Part shown: piece after piece, positions 38,772-51,248 of the stretch
How positions within the stretch are numbered: position 1 is the first letter of the stretch
Layout: each line of letters begins with the position of its first letter
Origin: Octopus vulgaris
Lineage: Eukaryota
Direction of reading: 5' to 3'
Length of the DNA stretch: 64,000 nt
NCBI GenBank assembly: GCA_951406725.2
Contig: OX597817.1
Span: 85,250,001-85,314,000, forward strand
The notes under the pieces: model-generated
What the model was told of the DNA's origin: nothing
What the model saw: the letters and a program-made list of their open reading frames with translations, nothing else
Database searches by the model: none
Position numbers and translations under genes: made by a program

Positions 38772-40887
38772 GGTTATGTTTGGCTAATTTGTACCAATTG
38801 GGCTTCATCTACTAATGGATCATACTTACATGTCATTTAACAAGCACTTTTTCAGGTCCTTGCATTAAACAAATAGGAACAGAAACACTACTCATAGAAC
38901 GTCTAGGAAATTTAAAGAATCTCTCATGTGGGGTCTCATTAGATGCTGTGCATAACGATGAACGTTGCGAATGTAAAACTTCTGAAAGCATGACTTCCTA
39001 TTGAGAAACTGGTAAATTTCTGCTACGTAAGGTCAATTTAATGGAATTCCATATTGCTCCATTATACCTTTCACATTGAACATTTCCACGAGAATTGTAC
39101 ACAGTAGAATGAGTAATTGCTATGCCTCTATCATACAGAAATTGTTTAAGTTCTTTAGGTACAAAACATTTAGCATTATCACTATGAAAAACAGCACGAA
39201 ATCTGAAAAGATGAAATAAAAATTTCAAATTACTAATAATGGAATGAGCACTAGTATCAGTGCATGGAAAAATAAACAAAAACATGAATACTCATCCACA
39301 ACAGTTAAAAAATAATGGTTCTTTGACACTGAAGGTAGGGGTCCTTTAAAATCAACACTCAATCTTTCAAAAGCTTGAGTAGATTTAATTACTGATGAAA
39401 TAGAGGTTTTAGTATAGCGAGGCTTCACCTCACAACATATTACACAATTGTTAGTTATACACTTTACATCATCTACACAGTATGGTAGATTCTTAACTTT
39501 AATATAATGAAACAATCATGTGATCGCAGGATGACACAGTGCTGCATAAACACGGTACAGTTCATTATCAGTCATAGCTGCACAATAGGTATGCGATAAA
39601 GCATCAGATGCAACATTAAACTTGCCTTGGTGGTATATGATATCAAATTTATACTGGACTAGTTTGATTCGCCAACACATTATCTTTTCGTTTCTAGGTT
39701 TACTGCACTTTTGACAATTAAACATAAAACAACACTGTTTTGATCAGTTATTAGTGTGAAGTTACATCCAAGAAGAAAATGATATCATTTTCTCACAGAT
39801 TCCACAATTGTTGTTGCCTCTTTTTCAATACAAGAATAATGACGCTCATTCGGGTTGAGGGTTCTTGAAAAAATGCAACTGACTTTCCATTTTGGTGTAA
39901 AATGCCAGATATAGCTACCTCCAATGCACCTGTTTCTATTGAGAAAGGAAGGCTTTTATCAATCACTTTTAAGGTAGTATTTGCTGAATCATCTCGTAAA
40001 GTTTTTAAACTTGACATGGCTTCTTCACTCAAAGGAAAATATTTAGTTTCAACCAACAGTTTTATTTTGTCAGAGAATTTTGGAATCCATTTGGAATAAT
40101 ACACAAATAGACCAACAGTCTTTAGCAACTTGAAGAAAATGTTTAAAATTTTGACCATGTTCTTCCTTTGATTTACCACACACAGTTATGTTGTCAATAT
40201 ATGCAAAAGTAGCTCTACAGTTATGGCTCTCGATTATATTATTGATTACTCTCTGGAAACAGATCACTGCATTTGTAAGTCCGAAAGCAATACGTTTGCT
40301 TTGATACAATTTCCCTGTGCTTTGAAAGCCATGTAAGGTCGATCTTCAACTGGAATCTCAGCTTGATGATATGCACTTGTATATATATGTGTGCATACAC
40401 ACACACAATAATAAAGTGATTTCTCTCTGTATTGCTGCTTATCTAATACAATGACCTTTAGCAAGTAATTTTCTTGGTTGCTTTGTGGAATTTGATTGAA
40501 ACTTACTTTCTGGGAAAACTTGAAATAATCAGGAAAGGTTGACTATGTAAACTATAAACTAATTAATGGACTAGTTAATGGTAACAGCTCAAAGAATGGT
40601 AACAAAGTAACTTTCAAGAATATTTAACTTTTAACCTCAATAGGTCACACGGAAATCTAACTTCATTTGAATACATTGAAAATTGTTATAAATGTGCATA
40701 AAATGTTTTAAGATTACCTAATGATGGTTTAATCAAAATATACATGATAAATTAATTTACAATGAAAAGGAAATAGTGCTTCAGACATATAATACTATAT
40801 ATTTAAAAAAATGAAGAAAAATGTTGTAGGTGGGTTCAATGGAGGAATGCAAAATATGTTGTATATAATGTAAATGAAAAATAATTA

Positions 40888-41778
40888 TGTGTTGAATCAA
40901 AAGTTTTGCAATATTTTGTTAATTTATTTGCTTTATTCATCAAGTTACAATAAAAGCAGCTTTGCATTCAAAGTAGAAGCCTTTGTGTTGCACTGTCTAA
41001 AGCCACTCTTCAGCCAGTTCTTTGATTCCATGCTGATACAAGTTCTTGTCCTTCAAGGTAAAGAATCCCTTCAGTGAATCTTCCACCTCCCCTTGGTTGA
41101 TGAAGCATCACAAGTGCAGGAAGAGAGCCATGGATTGGAACAATTAATAATTCAAATGAACTAAGTCCAGGCTATATGCTGAGTGTGGCATCAGTTCAAC
41201 TCTCTCAAGATCCTGGAGCTTATTCCAGGTCATTCAAGCATTGTGAGGTCTTGTATTGTCTTACTACAGAAGAGCTTGCCTTTTGTTAACCAATACTGGG
41301 TATTTTTGCTGCACAATAGCATACACCTGCTCTAGCTGTTCAGAGTACAAGTTGGTATCGATGGCTTGACTATCAGGAACAAACTCATAGTGAATTATCC
41401 TCTCCTGGTTCCACTGAATACAGAGCATCACCTTGTGTTTGAAACTCTCATGCTTGGCAACAGGTTCTGGAAGCTGGCCTTTGCTTAACCACTGCTTATG
41501 CACATTAGGATTGTGGAAAAATATCTCACTCAGATTATTACTTGCTCTGATCCATGGCTCGCTTTCTGTGTTCAGGATGCTTCATCAACCAACAGGAGTG
41601 GAAGCTTCAGTAAAGAAGTTGAAGAACAAGATCTGGTATCAGTGTGGGATCACAGAACTGTCAGAGAGGTGGTTTCGGATGGTACAACATGATGGCCTTT
41701 ACTTTATGTGCTAGGTTTTCTTTTGTTGTAACTTTATGAATAAAGCAATTAAGCTGCCAAAACTTTTGACTCAACACA
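40888..41778. mobile_element. Mariner derivative built from two outward-facing 3' ends
   Basis: TIRs tgtgttga(a/g)tcaaaagttttg at both ends; DDD-domain remnant KVMLCIQWNQERIIHYEF on minus; second C-terminus WYQCGITELSERW..HDGLYF on plus. Confidence 0.8.
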
Positions 41779-43317
41779 ATGAAATTGATCTAAACACAAG
41801 ATTATAAGTTTCATTTTCTAAGCCTTGTTCATGTGAAAATGAAAATATTGTCACAAGCATAGAAAAAGTATACGAAAGGCAATGATGCTAATATTGCTAC
41901 CAGCTGAAACTGATGTTTCTACACATTATGCTCTAGCACTGTTATACAGTGTTCTATTTGTTTTTTAGTTTGTTTTTTTTTCAGTGTTCTGTTAAAGGAG
42001 CTGAAAAAATGGTTTTGTTCAAATATTTGTTTAATAAATTTTATAAATTAAAATCCACAAATAATTCTTCATTTATACATCGTTTGTCTGGACAAGTATG
42101 TTTGACAGAAATGCTTTGAACAATACCACTGTCATCTTTCATTTCTCTCTTCTTCTTCCTCATCATAATCTGTATGATTCTTCCCCTCCTCTTTCTCGTC
42201 TTTCATATCTTCATCATCATTATCATCAGTTTCATTATTACCATCATCATCTTCAAAACTAATTTCAATGCCTTTTTATGAAACCTAAGAAATTCTCTTA
42301 AGTGAAATCTTAACAAATTCAGTGGGGCTAAGCAGAAAGAAAAGACATTAACATTTCTAGATTTTAATTGGATCCTTAGAAATCATCGATGTCTTGTTTA
42401 TGTATGTATATATGTGTGTGTTTGTGTGTATGTTGCTTTATGAGTAGGATATATCCAAGATTTTTGGAGTGTAACCTTTGGTTAGCAACCACCACTAGAA
42501 ATTCTTATTTTGATTAATCTACCTTTTATTAAAAGTATCTTCTAAGGAACTACCTATCCCCACTAATTCTTTCCATCGTTTTCTTTCTTTCTTTCTTTCT
42601 CTCTCTCTCTCTCCCCCCTCCCTAAACTTTGTGGCTTCTTTCATTAAAAGATAGAAGCAAAGCAAAGGTAAAGTGATTTCATGTAATTAGATTAGCATCT
42701 GGGCTGAGTGGATAAGGTGCCAAACTGCAAGCACATAGACCTTGTGTTCAAGTATGCAATAAGCATTTCATTGTGTACCTTATGAGAAACATACCATTCT
42801 TTTTGTTGCAATTTATAGAGTATAAAACAAAATAATACAATTAGCAATAAAATGTAAGTATTTATAAAATTATATTCAACATCATACCTGTTAATGATAA
42901 GAAATCTCGTTTCTTTACACAATTAAAAATATATTTGAAAGTATTAAATATGCTTGTCTTCATCAATTTTATTCATGACAGAAATTTAAGTTTATTCTGA
43001 ATTCAATGTAAGATTCTCTCTTTTTTTTTTTCTTTAAGTAATTTAGTTTTACGTCTCAAATTGATTCTTTCAAAATTTAGTCTCTAAATTTCTTTTTGTT
43101 CTTAATAGAACTGTTGCAATCATTTTTACATTGAAATTGAGAAGATATGTTAACTCTCAGTTCAATAGCTAATTTCTACTTAGCCAAAATAAGAATGCAC
43201 TACCCTCTATGCAGTAACATGTGAATAGAGAATTAGAATTGTCTTGCTATATTTTGTGTAAAAATTGAAAATTAAAATCCTTGATATTCAAACTGTGCAG
43301 TTGATGCATATATTTAT

Positions 43318-43943
43318 GATATCATCATCATCATCATCATCATCGTTTAACGTCCGTTTTCCACGCTAGCACGGGTTGGACGGTTCGACCGGGGTCTGGG
43401 AAGCCAGGGGCTGCTCCAGGCTCCAGTCTGATCTGGCAGAGTTTCTACGGCTGGATGCCCTTCCTAACGCCAACCACTCCGCGAGTGTAGCGAGTGCTTT
43501 TTACGTGCCACCTGCACAGGTGCCAGGGGGGGTCTGGCATCGGTCACGATCGGTTGGAGCTTTTAACGTGCCAGCGGCACAGAAGCCAGCCAAGGCGGAG
43601 CTGGCAATGTTCGCATGGTCTTTTTATGTGCCACCGGCACAGGGGCCAGTCGGGGCGGCGCTGGCATCGGCCACGTTCGGATGGTGCTTTTTATGTGTCA
43701 CTGGCACAGAAGCCAGTTGGGGCGGCGCTGGCATCGGCCACGTTCGGATAGTGCTTTTTATGTGCCACCGGCACAGGCATCATAACTACTATTTCCATTG
43801 ATATTTATTTCGACGTTCATGTTCATGTACTTGACTCAACAGGTCTCCTCAAGCACAGCGGGACGTTCTGGGATCCGGGGTACTTTGAATGGGCAGGGGC
43901 TATGCGGAACTGATGCAGGAAGCAGCCCGGGTCTTTGCAGTCA
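43318..43943 (-). mobile_element. Young RTE LINE 3' UTR with five tandem units
   Basis: CpG-rich; (CAT)n tail; repeated gtgctttttaygtgccacc-like units. Confidence 0.85.
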
Positions 43944-44061
43944 CGGGCTGCTTCCTGCATCAGTTCCGCATAGCCCCTGCCCATTCAAAGTACCCCGGAT
44001 CCCAGAACGTCCCGCTGTGCTTGAGGAGACCTGTTGAGTCAAGTACATGAACATGAACGTC

Positions 44062-44064
<3 letters not shown>
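43809..44064. repeat. Perfect inverted repeat, 121-bp arms with 14-nt loop
   Basis: 43809-43929 is the exact reverse complement of 43944-44064. Confidence 0.97.
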
Positions 44065-44104
<40 letters not shown>

Positions 44105-44691
44105 TCTCTTCTGTTTTTAATTATTCAAATTCTTTCTCTGAGGAAGGAGATGATGTATGTATGCACATATATGTAACATACATGTAACATATGTGTGTGC
44201 ATATCTTTTGTTTTTTACTTGTTTCAGTCATTGAATACCATTTTGAAATTAGGTACATATTCTATTGATCGCTTTTGGCAAATGTAAGTTACTGAGGTGT
44301 AAACAAACCAAGCAGTGATGTGAGGACTCAGCTCTGTGTGCAGTGTTTCCTATTGCAGAAACAGCTGTAAGCTAATGAAAATGATTATATAATACTTGTT
44401 CTTTTGTCATTCATTAATTTATATATATATATATATATATCAATAGATACGTAGATATACATAAGCTATGTAATGGATGATTTAGCTATTTCTTCATAGA
44501 TTGAAAATAATAATGAACAGCCTTAATCAATTTTCAAACTGTATTTGGTTCTCATAAAAGGTGTCTTCATCAATTTGACTAATCCCAGGAAAATAAGCAG
44601 CCAATCTGTTTATATACTAAACAATTCCAATAGCTACTGAGAACTGAAGCTACTAGTTTGCATACCATAAGTATTAACACTTATGTTAATA

Positions 44692-44985
44692 TGGCGTAGT
44701 GGTTAAGAGTGTAGGCCACTAACCCCAAGATTCCGAGTTTGATTCCAACCAGTGACCTGAACAATAATAATAATAATGATAATAATAATAATAATAATAA
44801 TAACATCGAAAAATACCATAGGAATGAGAACCCAGGTTCAAATTTCCCCAAGACACCTGAAGAAGGCTGGAGGGTATATCAGCCAAAACGTTGTGTTAAC
44901 AACAAACAAGATGAGGACAAATATCCGTTGAACATAAATAATGTAAATAGATCACATAATTTCTCATCTCTTCAATATAGAGCAG
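44692..44985 (+). mobile_element. tRNA-headed SINE-like element containing a hammerhead motif
   Basis: A box tggcgtagtgg (44692-44702), B box gtttgattcc (44737-44746), (AAT)n linker, hammerhead motif at 44852-44897. Confidence 0.7.
44852..44897 (+). ncRNA. Type I minimal hammerhead ribozyme motif, probably inactivated (GAAA to AAAA)
   Basis: gacac-CTGAAGA-a-ggctg(gagggtatat)cagcc-AAAA-cGTT-gtgtt: stem I gacac/gtgtt, stem II ggctg/cagcc, palindromic AACGTT helix III. Confidence 0.6.
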
Positions 44986-45049
44986 GGATAACTTTATTGG
45001 GTTCTCATCAGCGAATCCCCTAGATATAGATATATACATACATGCCTAT

Positions 45050-45719
45050 ACATTTTTTTTAACATCTGTTTTCCATGCTGGCATGTGTTGGACGGTTTGA
45101 CAGGAACTGGTTAGCTGGAGAACTACTTGGGCTCCATGTCTGTTTTGGCATGTTTTCTATGACTGGATCCCCTTCCTAATACCAACCACTTTACAGAGTG
45201 TACTGTGTACTGGGTGATTTTACACAGCACTGGCACAGGGACTTTTATGTGGAACTGGCATTGGTGCTTTTTACATGGCACCAGCACCCTTGCGCCCACA
45301 AGATTAGGAACACTCGGCTGAAGAGGAATGCAGACGACATGTCTGTATGCAAGGATGACTACATATTTAATTAGCTTGTTGTGTCTTCTGAAGCACAGCA
45401 AACTGCCAGAAGTTTCAATCCAGTCATCCCCTCTGTGAAGCCCAACATCTAGAGATCCTTTCTCACCACCTCATTCCACATCTTTCTGGGTCTACCCCTA
45501 CCACACATTCTCTTCACAATTAGAACTTGGCACTTCATGATGCAAATGTCTTCATTCATACAAATTACAGGACCATAACAGTATTCACTCTGGCACACTA
45601 CGTCTGATGCCCTATATACCCAGTTTTTCTCTATTAAATCACTACACTGACACACACTAACATTATCCACCCAACAGAGCATACTGGCTTCATTTCTTTC
45701 AAGCTCTTGCATGTCCTCA
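45050..45719 (-). mobile_element. Older RTE LINE 3' part (ORF end and UTR)
   Basis: ERNEASMLCW...CGRGRPRKMWNEVVRKDL and the family 3' tail. Confidence 0.8.
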
Positions 45720-46452
45720 TCATCATCATCATCATCATCATCATTTAGCGTCCGTTTTCCATGCTAGCATGGGTTGGACGGTTCAACTGGGGTCTGGGGA
45801 GCCCGAAGGCTGCACCAGGCCAGTCAGATCTGGCAGTGTTTCTACAGCTGGATGCCCTTCCTAACGCCAACCACTCCGAGAGTGTAGTGGGTGATTTTAT
45901 GTGCCACCGACACAGGTGCCAGACGAGGCTGGCGAACGGCCACGCTCGGATGGTGTTTTTATGTGCCACCGACACAGGTGCCAGACGAGGCTGGCAGACG
46001 GCCACGCTCGGATGGTGTTTTTATGTGCCACCGACACAGGTGCCAGATGAGGCTGGCGGACGGCCACGATCGGATGGTGTTTGTTACGGAGGCCAGTCTA
46101 TGCGGTACTGGCTACGGCCATGTTCGGATGATTTTCTTGTGTGCCACCGGCACTGGTACCACAAAGATACAAATTCCATTGATGTTCATCTATTTTGATT
46201 TGATTTGATTTTTGATTTTCACTTGCCTCAACAGGTCTTCACAAGTGTCACAAGAAGGAAGGTATGCACAGGTGGACTGACTACGTCCCAGGTAGGGGCC
46301 ACGGGTTATGGCCTGACTAGTCTTGCCGGGTCTTCGGATGGTGTTTTTATGTGCCACCGACACAGGTGCCAGATGGGGCTGGTGAACGGCCACGATCGGA
46401 TGGTGTTTGTTGCGTGCCCACAGCACGGAGGCCAGTCGATGCGGTACTGGCT
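45720..46452 (-). mobile_element. Younger RTE 3' UTR copy inserted into the older RTE, 38-bp TSD
   Basis: tactggcttcatttctttcaagctcttgcatgtcctca at 45682-45719 and 46445-46482; internal tandem units. Confidence 0.85.
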
Positions 46453-46498
46453 TCATTTCTTTCAAGCTCTTGCATGTCCTCAGCATATATATATATAT

Positions 46499-46608
46499 CA
46501 TCATCATCATCATCATCATTTAGCGTCCGTTCTCCATGCTAGCATGGGTTGGACGGTTCAACTGGGATCTGTGAAGCTGGAAGGCTTCATCAGGCCCAGT
46601 CAGATCTA
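46499..46608 (-). mobile_element. Very short RTE 3' tail within (TA)n
   Basis: (CAT)n ttagcgtccgttctccatgctagcatggg, flanked by TA repeats. Confidence 0.75.
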
Positions 46609-49411
46609 TATATATATATATATGTATGTATCTATGTATACAATCATGAAGTAGTGATTCAAGTAGCTTCTGCTTGCAATAAAAAAACATAAGCACTCTA
46701 TTTTATGTATTGAGTACCTTTTTTCCACTTTGTTATCTCAAAAATTCACTAATCCACACACACACACACACACACATATATATCTTATGCAGCACCCTTC
46801 ATCAAAAGTATTGCTGATATTTTTCCAAAACTTATTATTGGAAATGTAAATGAAGTCTCCTCTTTTACTACTCTAGTATTTCTCTCAATTTTGAAGCATA
46901 CATTTAACTAACATTTTATTAAAGTTGTTTAATTTTTTACATTTCCTATAAGATAATGTTGTAATAATATAACTGTGCAAACAAATAAAATGAAATTCCA
47001 GCTATAAACTGAAATTGGACCAATTATTGCTAGGATTATTTTCGTCAAACAACTGTAACTGTTTTGAGCTTTTATCTCATTCTTCAGACAATGTAGAGAC
47101 AATGAAATTTCAGGTAAATATTTTACAGGTTCTGTTAATTGTCTTTCTGTCAATTCTCAAAATATACATGCAATGAGAACTGTGAAAGGTTATTGGTACA
47201 TTATCTTACAAGTAGATTTCACTGAAGAAGAAGAAAATGATATTTCAATGAAAATAAAATAAAATCTGGTAAAATTCCATTTTCTGTAAGGATTGGTGGA
47301 GATTTGCCAACATAGCTATAAAGCTTAAATAGCTTACTTTACAAAAATATAATATGTCTAAAGTAATTTTTGATGTTATGGTTCTAGTTAATGAAAGGAA
47401 ATATTTTCTGAGTGACTATTTACATTAATATTTCTTTGAACAAATTTTTGTGGCATAGTATGAATATAATGTTTGATTAATCTAACAGCCTAGGTGTTCT
47501 TACTAGGAACAAAGAAAAAAACAAAAACTTTTTTTGCATTGTATTTTGTGTAGTTGGTTACTTCATTTCATTTGGAATTTTATATCAAAGAGGTTTGCTT
47601 TAAATATAAATATTTATTTGTACTGAAATATGAAATAAGACCTCACTCTTTTTCATTCACCAGATACAAGTAAATTTTTGTCATAATTCCAGAATAATTT
47701 TCCCCATTGCTTCTTTCACATTTATTCCTTCTCATCATTGGTTCAATGTCAATTTTTGCTGGTGTTACATGAACTTTCTGGGTCAATCTATCAACATATT
47801 TCAATTTCTGATTAATTTCTGGCCCTGCTTCACTCTATTGAAGTTGGCGCCAAAACAAATAATGTCTTCTTCATCATATGCAATGATTATTTGTCAACAA
47901 TAATATGCCAAAACTACATTTCCTTACTTTCTCAATGCTCATAATCCATTCTATTTATGTGATCATGCCAACTCAATAAGTTCTACTTGCAACTATTCTT
48001 GATTATCATTGGAGATCACTGAATCTTTGATCGTATTCTACATGCCTATCAGATCAAACTCTTCTCTTCCAAACCATTCATGATTTTACTGTCATATACA
48101 ACAATACACCTATCACAATAGCATTGTAATATGGTTTCCACAAACATTGATATAAATAACTGACAAAATAGTTTTATCAATTCATACAAGTATTCACACA
48201 TTTGAAATTGAATGTTATGATCAGTCTGGTTTGTTTTTTGCTTTTTATGTTTTTCATTCTATCCATCAAGTTTAATTTAGATAAACAGATTATTGTTATT
48301 TAAATTTTTCTCTTCAATACAAATTTATTGTCATCATTTTCTCTTTATAATACTTCTACTGCTGCACCCATTATTTGAATTTAAAAAGGCTGCAATTTCC
48401 AATCAAATCAATATTTAGTTATTTATTCACAAACATATTAATATAGAAATTAATGACTACATATGGCATTTCCTCTGCTTTTCCTTTGATTTTGGCATAT
48501 TTCATATATTTTTAGTATCAAGGCAATCACACTTGACTTAAAAGATAATCTAAGCATGCAAAAGAAAAAGAATCTTAAAATAACTGATTCCAGTTGTTAA
48601 GAGAAGATTGTTAAAAAATAAATACGTAAATTTTCAAGTAATAGTTGTCCTAATTAACAGGATCTTTTAAGGTAGAATAAAGTAACAAAGAAATGTTTCT
48701 CCTTACAGACTCTCCTATTATTTCTTATTTTAACTTGATCTCACATTGATCAATGCAATTAGTTCATCTAAGACTTAACACAATGCCTACTCAAAATAAA
48801 GTTCGCCTACAATTGCTTCTTGCAACTCTACTATGATTTCTTATGCAACATAGGTTTATTATTAGAAATTAAGAAGAAATTGAAAGACTACGGTGTGTTT
48901 ATGCTTATATCATGAAAGAAAATGAAAAGATATATATGTAAGTAAATATAAGATATATTTCAGTCTACCACCAGAGATAATGCATTGATTTAATGAGTTG
49001 AAGTTGATTTTGGGAAGACAATTTTATTGCAGTTTAACAGAATTAAGAAGAGACAGGAATACAGTCATAAAAAAAAGAAATAAAGGGAATATGTACATTT
49101 TTGGCATTCAACATTTTTGTGCTTGTTGCCAATACAATACATCTATGCAATCAACTTCTATTCATTGTCATTGTTTAGTTTTTCTTGTATTTGATTTATT
49201 TGATGTTTTATTTCATAGATATTTCTCTCCTTTGGCCAGAGAAATTATATAATAGTTGTATATTGGGATTTTATGTATGATCTTTTGGATTGTTTGAGTT
49301 TATTATTGGTTTGTCCCTGTCTCTGTATTCTTTGGCTAGCCAATCAAGAAACTTTTTAGAATTATTTCTGATATTGAACATATGTTTTTATTTTCATTTT
49401 TATTTTTTCAG

Positions 49412-49542
49412 ATACATGATTGGACTAAAATAGATGAGAAACTTTTGAAAGCAATCCAGAATAATAATATTGATAGAGTAGAAATACTACTGACCAGAAG
49501 AGCAGTAATTACAACTAAGTTAGGACCAAATGGATATTCTTG
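49412..49542 (+). CDS. Internal coding exon of an ankyrin-repeat protein of the RAI14/UACA/ANKRD24-like family
   Basis: Strong acceptor (T-tract..tttcag) and donor (TG|gtaagc); 131 nt, phase 0 to 2; open frame IHDWTKIDEKLLKAIQNNNIDRVEILLTRRAVITTKLGPNGYS matches the DWxKxDxxLxxAxxxxDxxKV..KL..G.S N-terminus of this family. Confidence 0.8.
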
Positions 49543-51161
49543 GTAAGCACATTAAAGTTGTTTCTTAAAAAAATAATTAAAATTTTGTTTGTTTCTTTGA
49601 AGTCAAAAAACAAAAGATTATGCATCGTGCATTTATCTGTGGGTATATATGTGGCTACTGAGATAAACATACTATGTGAAACTATGATTGCAGATGGGAA
49701 GTTGGATCATCTTTTAGTCAGAGGAGGAGAGGAAATATTTTTGCCCCGTGTTTACTTGTGAGAGTTTGTTATTCAGACTGATGGGCTTCTTTTAGGTGCT
49801 GTCTAAAATGTTTGTGTGTGTGTGTGTGCACGCACGTGCTTGTATGCATGCATGCATGAATGAATGTGCATGTCTAGTATCTGTACTATCTTAGATCTAG
49901 GAGTACTACTCTATTGTAGGTCTTATTTGAGGTTTTGTCGAGGGTCAGAGTTGGAGTATTTTCTGTCCTTGAAGAGGGGAAACTAGTTTTTGGGTTGCAG
50001 GTTTTAGCTTTAGTATGTAAGGTTACTACAATTAGAGATTGTTAGAATAAACATTTACAAAGTTTTAGTAGGATGTTATCCAAGACTGGCGGGAATAAGG
50101 TAAAGTTTGTTTCCTTGATGTAAGAAGTGGTTGTGTCTTTTTGTGCTATTGAAAGAAACTAGATTGTTCTTTTAAAGTTTAGTCTGGAGGAGAGCTATGC
50201 CTATAATCATCAACACCAAGACAGTGTTTATTTTCATCAGGAAGACTATAAGAAAAAAACATAAAACACAAAGGCAACGTGGAAATTCTTGAAGTTGGGT
50301 ATTCTGGGAGGGAGGATTGGGCAGAGTAGCTGTTGCAGGGCCTGCAATTGGGTTGAATAGAGACACAGTAGTGGTGATACAAAGAGAAATAATTATGTCA
50401 GGTGAGCATTGGTGGAAATATGCAACTAGCTACTCCAGAGTCAAGTACCGTTGTAGTATGAAAGTATAAGCATGGAGAGAAACGGAGACAGATAGACAGT
50501 GAGAAAGAGAGAGAGAGAGAAGTCTGTATTGTTATTGCTAATAAAAATATTCATAGATCACATCATTAGTTTATGACATTCAGACATGTATTTACTCCAA
50601 TTGCTAAATTTGTCACAGGCTTGCATTTTTGTTCTTTTCATAATTTGATATTAGCATTAAGTTTATTGGTAACTTCAGAAGAAGATTTAATGCAGAGAAT
50701 TGAAATGTCATCAGAAAAGTTATTATTATGTTATTCCTATTGATTGAGCAAATGCCAATTTCTTAGCTAAAGTAGTATAATTAAACAAGATTAAAATATA
50801 CATCATTTGGAATATTTCCTACAACAATTGTATTTTCATTGTAATTTTATTTCCTCGGTGCCATTAGAAATACATCATTTTCTTTGCATGATTAATTCAA
50901 TAATTCCACCATGGTTTGAAATTTGCTTGAAATACATTTTTATCTCTTTCTCTCTCTCTCTCTCTCTCTCTCATGCATGCATGCAGAGGTTTGGTGATAC
51001 AAACAAAAGAAGTGGGAATGAAAACACAATTATATATATATATATATGTTTTATTTGAACTTATCAAACTTTAATAAGTACCAAGGTATGAAACTCTTGG
51101 CTCTTGAGTCACTTTGTAACTTTTGCCATTTAAATATATATATTTACAGTATATATATGTG

Positions 51162-51244
<83 letters not shown>

Positions 51245-51248
<4 letters not shown>

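Larger units (their letters stand above)
38177..40380 (-). mobile_element. Ty3/Gypsy LTR retrotransposon remnant (RT-RNaseH-integrase, PPT, 3' LTR)
   Basis: FGLTNAVICFQR, AYIDNI, IETGALEVAISGIL, CVIC..KP, ERLSVDFKGPLP, FHSDN, GNVQCERYN; frameshifted. Confidence 0.9.

Noticed and set aside
43490-43780. Repeat-and-spacer appearance resembling a CRISPR array (also 1171-1330 and 45890-46080)
   Set aside because: The spacers are homologous to one another, the array lies inside a eukaryotic RTE 3' UTR, and no cas genes are present
43376-44037. ORFs of 79-166 aa in GC-rich repeats (also 45761-46654 and 52783-53346)
   Set aside because: Readings of non-coding RTE 3' UTR repeats and the palindrome; no protein motifs
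44692-44760. Possible tRNA gene (also SINE heads near 7830, 35790 and 38540)
   Set aside because: A/B boxes are present but there is no complete acceptor stem or cloverleaf, and the sequence continues into SINE bodies
47640-48130. Very old RT-like remnant (also about 2080-2460 and 36400-36900)
   Set aside because: Too degenerate to delimit or assign by eye
49540-49761. ORF starting at the end of the ankyrin exon
   Set aside because: It runs through the gtaagc donor into intron sequence and has no recognisable motif
49900-50460. Possible Penelope-like endonuclease remnant on the minus strand
   Set aside because: Only a vague C-terminal resemblance (YIKETNF..P.L); insufficient without a search
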